Source of the DNA: an uncultured Candidatus Saccharibacteria bacterium
GTDB lineage: Bacteria > Patescibacteriota > Saccharimonadia > Saccharimonadales > 2-12-FULL-41-12
Direction of reading: 5' to 3'
DNA: 64,000 bases
Assembly (NCBI GenBank): GCA_964444225.1
Contig: CAYUFM010000002.1
Coordinates: 3,609-67,608, forward strand
Positions 28,547-36,811 of the stretch are shown here, one piece after another. Below the pieces are notes generated by a model, which made no database searches, was not told where the DNA came from, and saw only the letters and a list, made by a program, of their open reading frames with translations. Positions within the stretch are counted from its first letter, which is position 1; each line of letters starts with the position of its first letter. A program made the translations under genes and the position numbers.

Positions 28547-29218
28547 ATGGAACCAATCAACCAAGACAACAACGTATCAAATTCCTCGTCGAGGTTTGAA
28601 TTTGTTAATTCTCCCCCCACGCAACCTACTAAAAGCTCACGTTCACCGCGCTTTAAAGAGAATATCTCTACAATTATCATTCTAATCTCTGCACCTTTAT
28701 TGGCAGTTTTTCTTTCTATTTTTGTATTCCGCACATATCAGGTTGATGGAGCCAGTATGCTTACCACGCTACATGATGAAGATAGACTGATAATCAACAA
28801 GCTACCTAAAACATTTTCGTCAATTACGGGGAAAAATTATATTCCCAACAGATACGATATAATTGTTTTTAATCATAAAGGATCAGCTAGCGGCACAACA
28901 AATTCCGATAAACAAATTATTAAGAGAGTTATTGGACTTCCAGGAGAAAGAGTGGTCATAAAAGATGGATTGGTAAAAGTCTACAACAAAGATAACCCAG
29001 GTGGATTTTTAGTTGATAAACTTGGCCCCCACACGTCCGTAATAAATCTTACTGAAGGCAATGTGGACGCAACCGTTAATGACGGAGAAGTGTTTGTGAT
29101 GGGCGACAATAGAGGAAATTCACTAGACTCCCGAGCCTTAGGCACAATAAACTCGGATGATATTGTTGGCAAACTAGTATTAAGAGTGTTCCCTTTTAAG
29201 GACTGGCGGGGATTTTAG
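28547..29218 (+). CDS. lepB: signal peptidase I
   Basis: A 223-aa ORF with a TM anchor, then DGASMLTTL (catalytic Ser box), RVIGLPGE, and GDNRGNSLDSR. Confidence 0.85.
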   Translation: MEPINQDNNVSNSSSRFEFVNSPPTQPTKSSRSPRFKENISTIIILISAPLLAVFLSIFVFRTYQVDGASMLTTLHDEDRLIINKLPKTFSSITGKNYIPNRYDIIVFNHKGSASGTTNSDKQIIKRVIGLPGERVVIKDGLVKVYNKDNPGGFLVDKLGPHTSVINLTEGNVDATVNDGEVFVMGDNRGNSLDSRALGTINSDDIVGKLVLRVFPFKDWRGF

Positions 29219-30072
29219 TTTATTCTGTCTAAAAATTGAATAAATTCTTTGTTCGTTTTGTATGTAAAGGTCACACTACCACCGTTATTTTTAGTGGCTA
29301 TTTTTACATTAGCCCCGTATTTTTTCTGTAGCGAATCTTGATACTTATGATTTTTATCCGGTTTAGTAGCGCTTTTAATTACTGGTTTAGTAGAGCCCTT
29401 TATTGACTGAACGTAGGCCTCAGCCTGCCTAACTGACCAGCTGTTTTTTATAATATTATCCACTAATTCTTTTTGCAGAATAGGCTGACCTTTTAGAGAC
29501 AGTACTGTTCTTGCGTGACCTTCAGATATTTTATTGGACTCCAGGGCAACACGAGCAAAATCGGGTAACTGGAGGAGTCTAACCATGTTTATTATCGTAG
29601 TATGCGCCTTACCTAATCGTGTTGCTATTTCTGGCAACGCAACATTGAACTGCTCGTTTAGCTTTGCTATTGAAATAGCCTGCTCCATTGGCGACAGGTC
29701 AACTCGTTGCATATTCTCTATCAGGCCAATCTCTAGCTTTTCTAAATCTTGCAGTGTCCTAACCAACACTGGAAGATGGGTAAGTTTTGCTACTTTTGCT
29801 GCCCGGTATCTTCGTTCTCCAGCAATAATTACATAGCTACCACCTACTTCGGTCACAACAAGTGGCTGCAGAATACCGTGTCTATTTATAGATTGCGCTA
29901 GCTCTTCTATAGACTGGTTGTCAAAATTTTTTCTTGGCTGATTTGGATCAGGCTTAACTGAGTCAATTAATACTTTCTGGACTCTTTCACCTCTATCAAG
30001 CATCACTGATGTATCGAAATCCTCTGGCAATAAACTACCAAACCCCTTGCCTAGACCCTTTTTTGTACTCAC
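29215..30072 (-). CDS. parB: chromosome partitioning protein ParB/Spo0J
   Basis: A 285-aa ORF with KGLGKGFGSLL, QPRK.F, and IIAGERRYRAAK. Confidence 0.9.
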   Translation of the reverse strand: MSTKKGLGKGFGSLLPEDFDTSVMLDRGERVQKVLIDSVKPDPNQPRKNFDNQSIEELAQSINRHGILQPLVVTEVGGSYVIIAGERRYRAAKVAKLTHLPVLVRTLQDLEKLEIGLIENMQRVDLSPMEQAISIAKLNEQFNVALPEIATRLGKAHTTIINMVRLLQLPDFARVALESNKISEGHARTVLSLKGQPILQKELVDNIIKNSWSVRQAEAYVQSIKGSTKPVIKSATKPDKNHKYQDSLQKKYGANVKIATKNNGGSVTFTYKTNKEFIQFLDRIN

Positions 30073-30851
30073 CTGATAGCTCCTGATGATTTTTTATCTA
30101 TTTCTAAGGCTAAGTTTTTATACGCCTTCGCACCCTTACTCCATTTATCGTACTCACCTATTGGCTGCCCATGACTAGGAGCCTCCGCCAAACGTACGTT
30201 TCGAGGAATCACAGTTTCAAATAATTTATCACCAAAATGCTTACCGACCTCGTCATAAACTTGTTGGCTCAGTGCGTTTCTTCTATCAAACATCGTAACG
30301 ACCACGCCTAAAAGCTCGAGTGAAGGATTAAATAATTTTTGGACCTGTTGCATAACCTGAAGCAATTGACTCAAACCTTCAAGTGCGTAATATTCAGCTT
30401 GCACCGGAATTATTACTTTATTGGAGGCCGTTAATGCATTTATAGTTAGTAGGCCCAAAGCTGGTGGACAATCTATAAATATGTAATCGTACTTACCCGT
30501 ATATTGGACTAAAGCGTTTTTTAGTTTTTGTTCTCTTGCAGGCTCACCTGCAATGTCTATTTCTACACTTGCAAGTCTGGCGTTGGTAGGCAAAATTTCT
30601 AAGTTTTTAAAAGCTGTTTTTTGGATAGCTGAGTTCAGGTCTATGCCAGAAATTAGTACGTCGCACAATGTTGGACTGAGATTATTTTTATCTAAACCCA
30701 GCCCACTACTAGCATTGCCCTGTGGGTCGGCATCAATAACCAAAACATTTTTTCCTGCTTTAGCTAAAAAAGCGGCAACATTAATCGTACTGGTAGTCTT
30801 GCCTACGCCCCCTTTTTGATTCAAAACAGATACAATTGTTGTTTGTTTCAT
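30069..30851 (-). CDS. parA: chromosome partitioning ATPase ParA/Soj
   Basis: A 260-aa ORF with the deviant Walker A NQKGGVGKTT. It overlaps the parB start by 4 nt. Confidence 0.9.
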   Translation of the reverse strand: MKQTTIVSVLNQKGGVGKTTSTINVAAFLAKAGKNVLVIDADPQGNASSGLGLDKNNLSPTLCDVLISGIDLNSAIQKTAFKNLEILPTNARLASVEIDIAGEPAREQKLKNALVQYTGKYDYIFIDCPPALGLLTINALTASNKVIIPVQAEYYALEGLSQLLQVMQQVQKLFNPSLELLGVVVTMFDRRNALSQQVYDEVGKHFGDKLFETVIPRNVRLAEAPSHGQPIGEYDKWSKGAKAYKNLALEIDKKSSGAIR

Positions 30852-30869
30852 AAGTATACTCTCATGCTT

Positions 30870-30898
30870 ATTTTATCATCAACTACATTAACCGTAAA
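30870..30898 (-). promoter_or_regulatory. possible parAB promoter
   Basis: On the minus strand, TTTACG (30898-30893), a 17-nt spacer, then TAAAAT (30875-30870). It sits in the 53-bp gap after the giant gene. The background is AT-rich, so this call is weak. Confidence 0.3.
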
Positions 30899-30904
30899 TG
30901 AAGG

Positions 30905-33900
30905 CTACTGAATAACGTGATAGTTGAACTTATATACAGCGCCATTAGCGGGTGCAGTATTTGTGCTAAGTGTAAAGTCTGTCGCAGTTTGGCTGACGTA
31001 TGCCTGAAGAGTAGCCGAAGTACTGCCTACGGGAGTAATGGTTACTATTGGCGATATTCCATAAGGTGTTGCAAAAGTAAATTTCGCTAAATCCCCAGTA
31101 GTTAGCGCACCTAAACTGGCAGTTGATATAGTGATAATTCCGGAACTATCATTACCGTCAACAGATACCGTTGCACCGTTAGCACTTGTTCCGGAAGCCC
31201 CTAATACGTTCGATGCGGGAGTATTGCCAGCGGTAATTATGTGGCCCGCTACAGTTATGCCGGCGTTAAATATAGCATTATTGTTAACCGTTAAGTTAGC
31301 AATAGTTGCCGTACCGGTGACTGATAGATTAAGTGTAGTTAAATTACCAGCAACATTTATATTTGCAAAATTGCCTGCCTGGATATTGTTGATAATAGAG
31401 TTAATTGAACTGATTTGTGACTGAATACCAGCAATCTCGGCCTGCTGTTCCTGAACCGCCCCAACTAAAGGAGTAACTAAGCCTGCATAGTCCACACCAA
31501 TATACTGATTAGGATCATCGGGATTAACAACTGATACAAATTCTGGGAATATTTGTTGTACCTGTTGAGCTATAAAACCAATTTTATTGCCAGGATTACT
31601 AGAGTCAATCCAATTGAAATTAACAGGCTGCAACTGATTAATCTTCGTAAGTGAATTTGATAACGACGTGACATTTGTTTTAAGCCTGCTGTCAGATGTA
31701 CATGAAGTTCCGCCTGTGCCGTTACCGATCGTACATGTCGTACCAGTTCCCGTTACTACAAGATTAGACTTGTAGGTACCTCCACCAATATTGACATTTC
31801 CGCAAGCCGCTCCACACGCACCGGAACCCGCGCCTGGTGCAAAAAATATGTCAGCCCCAGATGTATTAGTCCTTATAACTAAATCATTGATTGCCGTTCC
31901 AGTAACCCAAGCGCTCGCACTTGCTGCAATTGCTATTTCAGACTTAATTGTTCCGCTTGCTGATATCCTAATGGCCATGTTACCACCAGAAGTATTATTG
32001 AACACTCCTAAGTAAGTTGCTGATGATGTTACATTGAATAGCCCATCTGTCATTGTAAGGTTGCCACCCAATGTTGTATGTCCAGCGTCACTTATAGAAA
32101 GTCCAACTAAGCCATTTATCCCTACTCCAGAAGTAGCGTAGTCCTCTCTGAATATCCTTAAGGTTCCAGCATTGTTGTCAATATTCCATAGGTTATTAGT
32201 TCCGGCATTTAAAGGCTCAAAGGTAATTCTTCCATTAGTACCATTGCCTACCCTGACCTGACCAATACTAGAGTTAACATTAAATAATGATGTGCCTGAA
32301 GCATTCTGGACTGTGAAGGTAGATGCCCCATTAGACTGAGCTTTAAATGTAGTTGCGCCTCCGTTTGCAATCTGCATAACCGTGACTGGTGTAGTCTGTT
32401 CATCAGTAATCTCAAGTATATTTGCAGTTGAAGACTTATGATTAACTTGTAAACTTATGACTGTGTTAGCAGCCGAAGTTCCGTCTACCTGCAATCGAGC
32501 TGCTGGGCTTGCAGAATTTATTCCAACACTTCTGTTAGTTGTATCTACGTCCAATACTGCCGACCCGGCTACACTAACTACCTGTAGAGCTGTAATGGAG
32601 TCAGATGTATTTTGAACTCTTAATCCCGAAGATAGAGATGTGGAGATTCTTCCATCACTATAGGTTGTACTGCCAGAACCCGTGACCACACCGCCCAAAA
32701 AATATCCCTGGAAGAACCTGTTATCTGCCGCAAAGGTTGTACCGGTACCTACTGCGCCAATGTTTCGGGCCGTATATTTTGTAATTGTGGCATTACCAGT
32801 ATATCCAGCAGTTGTGCCATAACTTACTGCCGGAGATACAGTAAGCGTTGCGGTCCCACCTCCTGAAGTTATGCGGGTATAATAGTCCTGACCCGAACCA
32901 CCGGTGTTATCAACAAGAATTATGTCACCGTTTGCAAAACCTCCTGCAGCCGCTAACACTATAGAGGTTACACTTATTCCACCCGTGCCAGATGTGGTAC
33001 CCGTAGTACCTGTTGCTACATTGTTGGCTAGCAAGGATCCATCATTATTAAAAATTAACGCATCTACTCCAGCGTCTTGTATTTTAAAGGAACCATCCCC
33101 TAGTGTTGTACTAGTTGTTTGTAGGTTAAATAAAATACTAGGATCAGTTGCAGTATCCGCAGCATTAATAACTAAGTTTTTAGAGTTTGATAGTGCTATT
33201 GTTGCTGGACTTGAGCTATTGTCATAAGCTTGTTGTAAAGTTGTTGAACCTGTAGCCCCAACCGAGTACTGCCAACTTGCACCTCCGTTAGTATTACTCC
33301 AAATGACAGTTGCTGACTGTCCCACCGATACGGCAGAACCCAGTAGCGTAAATGAAGTTGTTCCAATATTTGATATATATAAGAGTCGTCCATAAGTTGT
33401 ATTTGTAGTAGGAGTCGGTAGGGTCAAAGTTTGTCCAGCTGTTGTTTGCGCTACAGATATAGAGGTGTAGATATCAACAGTTGTAGCTGCAGTTCCTATA
33501 GATCCGCCTCCCGCAAAATTACTTAGCGCCAATGTGGAATTAATTGTGGAGCCATGATTTGTTAATTGACCCTGCCCAGCACCAGACCCCAGTACTATTC
33601 CTCCACTCCCAGCCTGAATAGTAGTAGTGCCCGTACTTGCCGTTGAGCCTATTGTTACAGTTTTAGCACCAGTACCTCCGGTGCCAAAGTTTAGTGATTG
33701 TGCTCCAGTTCCGGTACCAATAGATATTGTTCCTGTTTGAGCACCAGTACCACCAATAGTTATAGTGCCAGTTGTGAAGCCAGCTCCGATATTAACAGCT
33801 CCTCCTGTGTTGGAATTAGAAATATTAACAGTTGTTGCACCTGCGCCATTGCCTATTAGTACAGAATTGGATCCACTTGAAGACCCAAGCGTTAAATTGC

Positions 33901-35860
33901 CAGTCTGTGCAGTACCACCAATAGTTATGGTACCAGTTGTGGTACTGGTACCTAGTGTATATGTAGTACCTGCAACACCGTCTAATGTGAAATTTCCTGT
34001 CCCGGCTCTTAGATTCAGAGCTGTGGCACCAGTTGTATTACCAATATTGAGTGTTTGTGCATTAGCATTGTTACCTATGCTAATAGTTGCAGCCGACTGA
34101 AGTGTTATGTTGCCTGCAATCGTAGATCCAATTACAACTGTACTTGTGCTAGAAAGGGTGGCATTATTCCCGATATTAATGGTCTGCGCCACTGCCCCGG
34201 TCGCATTACCTATTTGAACAGTATTAGCAATACCTCCTGTGCCCACATTAACTCCGCCTGTACCACCCTGGAGAGTTGTTGTACTAGTGCTAGTACTAGA
34301 GCCTATGGTAGTTGTATGTGCTGTAGCTGTTGTGCCAAAGTTACAAGCTCCAGTACCGCAATCTACTACGACTGATGTAGCGCCTGTGTTATTCCCTATT
34401 GTAATAGTTTTTGCATTGGCACCTGTGCCCACGTTTATTGCTCCTGTTGTACCGCTATCTAGTGTGAGCGCTGTACCAGTTCCTGAATTAATTGCCAAAG
34501 TACCATTAGCATTTAGAACTGTGCTTGTCCCTAGTGATACGGTACCACCACCACCCTGAATCGTTAGAGTGCCAGCCGAAGTACTCCATGTAGTAGCGAC
34601 AGCAGATGTTAATGTTAATGCGCCAGAGCTGGTAGTCAGACTACTAGCTGCGTTACCCGATAGCGACACCGCCCCTGTACTCTGAGATAAGTTGCCAAGA
34701 ATTGTCGTACCAGTAGCGGTAGTCGCAAAATATGTCGTTGCCCCATTATTGCTCTGCACTTCAAATAAGTTTGCTCCAATTGGCGTTCCATTATCTCTGA
34801 TTGTAAATGCACCTCTGGTCCCATCAACAACTATCTCTGGATTGGTTGAGTTATCATAAGCATTTTGTAAAGTTACTGCACCGCCAGAGCTAACACAATC
34901 TGTCCAGGCACTGCCTTGGTAACACCTGAACTTATTGTCAAAGGTATTGTAGTACATGTATCCCTCAGCTCCACCAGCCGGATCTCCCGTAGTAGATTTT
35001 ACATCTAGGGCTAAGTAGTCCGGCGAAGCTGAACCTACTCCACCAGCACCTACTTGGATTACACCAATAGTAGAGGTTCCTTGGGATTGGAGAATAATAT
35101 TGCCAGAGCCGGAATTGATAGTGGTGGCAGAAGTACCACTTGATTTGCCAATAGTTATGCCGGTAGTGTTGTTGGTAGTACCGATAAGGATACTTCCTGC
35201 TGTTTGGGTGGCTGTACCAACGTCTACTGTGATACTGCCTGAGTTGGAGGTAGTGCCGGTGGCATTACCAGATTGGATCGTGATGGCGTCAGAGTTAGTA
35301 GAAGCGGTAGCGGTATTAGAGCTTTTGACATTAGCAGACACTAAAGCATATGGGACAGATGCTAGTTTGAACCTCGGAGTCATTTCAGAATCTGCTGGAG
35401 TACAGGCCGCAAATGCACATGCGCCAGAGCCTCTAACTGTCATACCCAGCCAGACATCATCTTGCCAATTGACATCTGACTCATCAGCTAGAGAGTCGTA
35501 ATTGCCTAAAGTAGCACTAAAATAGCCGTTGACTATCCTAACCCTTCTGTCGGGAGAGCCTCCGTTATAGTCGTGGGTTTCTGTCCACAGAGTAGAGCCT
35601 GCAGATGATACGTGATAGAGATTAAATTGAATATTGTAGTAACCGTCAGGAACTAGAGAACCTGAAGCATTCAGTAACCTACCCTGGAAGTTAATGGTAG
35701 CAGAGGTGCTAGCAGCGTAAGCTACGTCAACAGACGTGGTTGTGCGCGTATATGTATATGCGAGAGACGACAAGAAAATAAGGACAAAAGCAAATAGAAG
35801 GAGAAGTTTATGCATTGCTTCCCCAAAAGCCTTAATTGTTAGACCTTGGGTATTTTTCAT
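30905..35860 (-). CDS. giant (1651 aa) N-terminally anchored fibre/adhesin-like surface protein with an internal S74 intramolecular-chaperone domain
   Basis: One uninterrupted ORF with an N-terminal hydrophobic anchor (LLLLFAFVLIFLSSLA) followed by YTYTRT. The composition is T/G/S/A/N-rich with few charged residues. It has a degenerate IG-N-x-x-G repeat region (aa ~440-760) and SDSRLKTNV...GFIAQQVQQIFPEFV...VDYAGLVTPLV at aa 1389-1490. Confidence 0.8.
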   Translation of the reverse strand: MKNTQGLTIKAFGEAMHKLLLLFAFVLIFLSSLAYTYTRTTTSVDVAYAASTSATINFQGRLLNASGSLVPDGYYNIQFNLYHVSSAGSTLWTETHDYNGGSPDRRVRIVNGYFSATLGNYDSLADESDVNWQDDVWLGMTVRGSGACAFAACTPADSEMTPRFKLASVPYALVSANVKSSNTATASTNSDAITIQSGNATGTTSNSGSITVDVGTATQTAGSILIGTTNNTTGITIGKSSGTSATTINSGSGNIILQSQGTSTIGVIQVGAGGVGSASPDYLALDVKSTTGDPAGGAEGYMYYNTFDNKFRCYQGSAWTDCVSSGGAVTLQNAYDNSTNPEIVVDGTRGAFTIRDNGTPIGANLFEVQSNNGATTYFATTATGTTILGNLSQSTGAVSLSGNAASSLTTSSGALTLTSAVATTWSTSAGTLTIQGGGGTVSLGTSTVLNANGTLAINSGTGTALTLDSGTTGAINVGTGANAKTITIGNNTGATSVVVDCGTGACNFGTTATAHTTTIGSSTSTSTTTLQGGTGGVNVGTGGIANTVQIGNATGAVAQTINIGNNATLSSTSTVVIGSTIAGNITLQSAATISIGNNANAQTLNIGNTTGATALNLRAGTGNFTLDGVAGTTYTLGTSTTTGTITIGGTAQTGNLTLGSSSGSNSVLIGNGAGATTVNISNSNTGGAVNIGAGFTTGTITIGGTGAQTGTISIGTGTGAQSLNFGTGGTGAKTVTIGSTASTGTTTIQAGSGGIVLGSGAGQGQLTNHGSTINSTLALSNFAGGGSIGTAATTVDIYTSISVAQTTAGQTLTLPTPTTNTTYGRLLYISNIGTTSFTLLGSAVSVGQSATVIWSNTNGGASWQYSVGATGSTTLQQAYDNSSSPATIALSNSKNLVINAADTATDPSILFNLQTTSTTLGDGSFKIQDAGVDALIFNNDGSLLANNVATGTTGTTSGTGGISVTSIVLAAAGGFANGDIILVDNTGGSGQDYYTRITSGGGTATLTVSPAVSYGTTAGYTGNATITKYTARNIGAVGTGTTFAADNRFFQGYFLGGVVTGSGSTTYSDGRISTSLSSGLRVQNTSDSITALQVVSVAGSAVLDVDTTNRSVGINSASPAARLQVDGTSAANTVISLQVNHKSSTANILEITDEQTTPVTVMQIANGGATTFKAQSNGASTFTVQNASGTSLFNVNSSIGQVRVGNGTNGRITFEPLNAGTNNLWNIDNNAGTLRIFREDYATSGVGINGLVGLSISDAGHTTLGGNLTMTDGLFNVTSSATYLGVFNNTSGGNMAIRISASGTIKSEIAIAASASAWVTGTAINDLVIRTNTSGADIFFAPGAGSGACGAACGNVNIGGGTYKSNLVVTGTGTTCTIGNGTGGTSCTSDSRLKTNVTSLSNSLTKINQLQPVNFNWIDSSNPGNKIGFIAQQVQQIFPEFVSVVNPDDPNQYIGVDYAGLVTPLVGAVQEQQAEIAGIQSQISSINSIINNIQAGNFANINVAGNLTTLNLSVTGTATIANLTVNNNAIFNAGITVAGHIITAGNTPASNVLGASGTSANGATVSVDGNDSSGIITISTASLGALTTGDLAKFTFATPYGISPIVTITPVGSTSATLQAYVSQTATDFTLSTNTAPANGAVYKFNYHVIQ
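31390..31696 (-). other. peptidase S74 / endosialidase-chaperone (intramolecular chaperone auto-processing) domain inside the 1651-aa protein
   Basis: The Ser codon at 31694-31696 begins SDSRLKTNVTSLSNSLTKINQLQPVNFNW....NKIGFIAQQVQQIFPEFVS......YIGVDYAGLVTPLVGAVQEQQAEI. This matches the S-D-x-R-x-K start and the GFIAQE...P domain pattern known from phage tailspikes and tail fibres. Confidence 0.75.
33581..34543 (-). repeat. degenerate protein-level repeat array (beta-helix-like; ...T.TIGN.TGA....V/L...) in the 1651-aa protein
   Basis: Residues ~440-760 show recurring strings such as TITIGNNTGATSVVV, VQIGNATGAVAQTINIGNNATL, LNIGNTTGATALNL, ITIGGTAQTGNLTLG, ITIGGTGAQTGTISIG and VTIGSTASTGTTTI. 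The repeats are not exact at the DNA level. Confidence 0.6.
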
Positions 35861-35877
35861 TTTGTTTTTATTTTTAT

Positions 35878-35888
35878 TTTAGGTCTTT
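35878..35888 (-). promoter_or_regulatory. AAAGACCTAAA leader motif, copy upstream of the 1651-aa gene
   Basis: The exact 11-mer (plus strand TTTAGGTCTTT) lies 17 nt upstream of the ATG. Identical copies lie at 42433-42443 and 18582-18592. Confidence 0.6.
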
Positions 35889-36063
35889 TTGTTTTTTATT
35901 TTTGTTGACCTATACATAAGTATATGACTTTTTACAGATTAAACAACAGTAGTGAACAAATTTATTAATGGTTTTATCCACAGTTTTTGAATAAAAATAG
36001 TTGTTTATATCAAAAGTGATATAAACTAAAAATTAACAGATCAAAGCCCGGTGGGTAATGAAC

Positions 36064-36098
36064 AAAAAAGCGCTTCTTAATCAAGAAGCGCTTTTTTT
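36064..36098 (-). terminator. intrinsic terminator after the small secreted-protein gene
   Basis: An AAGCGCTTCTT-nnnn-AAGAAGCGCTT hairpin with an 11-bp stem, flanked by an A6 run and a T7 run. On the minus strand the hairpin is followed by TTTTTTG. Confidence 0.8.
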
Positions 36099-36112
36099 AA
36101 CAACTATTTTAC

Positions 36113-36708
36113 TTAGTAAACTGTAAAATAGAATGTATTCAATGAAGGTGCGCCACCAATACTTGTCATTGCGTCTGCTCCATTTACACATGTACCGGAC
36201 AGATCATTGTCTAAAGAAGTTGAAGTTCCATATGGGCCAAATTCACCACCAGCTGTTGAGGAAGCAACTATCCCATTAAAACTAGAGGAAACAGTTGGGC
36301 TAAGTTTAATACACACATTCTGTGTACCCACTCCCTCTACGTAGTCAATCCCCGGCTCAATACTTGCAACTCCACTTGAATGAGATAGATCTAATATGGG
36401 TGCATGAGTAACAGAATCATAAGTTACCCTTCCGTATGCCTTAATATCCCCATCACTACTCGGGCCTTGAGGGCCGGTTTGATTCCAGTTTAGAGCAGTT
36501 CGCCACCGGCACATGCTTGGCTAGGACTATCGACTACGCGAAGTGTTCCACTGTTATTTTTATAACAACCATGAATTACGCCAGATGTATCCGGTATCAA
36601 TGCTTTAGCGACCGCCATAGTTGCCACCAACATAGCCAACGTAACCCCTACCGCTAAAATATTTGTCATTTTTATTCTAGTATTTAAGATTTTACTTAAC
36701 ATAAACAT
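36113..36708 (-). pseudogene. small secreted protein split by a 1-nt frameshift (ORFs 36490-36708 and 36113-36514)
   Basis: The upstream ORF has a GGAGGG RBS and a signal peptide (MTNILAVGVTLAMLVATMAVAKA), and ends ...SQACAGGELL*. The downstream ORF continues in the -1 frame with TALNWNQTGPQGPS.... The two frames overlap at 36490-36520. Confidence 0.55.
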
Positions 36709-36811
36709 TCCCTCCTGCTTAATTAAGCTTACGCATATATTGTATTAAAATAATTAAAAACCGTACTTATTAATAGAATAATTGTAAATTCTCAATAAAA
36801 TGTATAGAAAA

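Noticed and set aside
28447-28734. An N-terminal extension of the LCP ORF that overlaps lepB on the opposite strand.
   Set aside because: lepB needs this region for its N-terminal tail and TM anchor. The LCP protein has a natural start (MNQYQRNQ...) at 28446, which leaves a 100-bp divergent promoter gap.
29215-30904. parS sites (TGTTTCACGTGAAACA-type) in or near parAB.
   Set aside because: Scanning by eye for CACGTG-centred palindromes, I found only unrelated ones (for example AGCACGTGCT at about 9554-9563). None resembled parS. A proper pattern search is still needed.
34895-35110. A diversity-generating retroelement template/variable repeat pair, considered because of the near-identical segments in the two giant genes (34895-35110 versus 41306-41520).
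   Set aside because: No reverse transcriptase is present in the window. The differences between the copies involve all four bases and many are synonymous, rather than the adenine-specific pattern of DGR mutagenesis.
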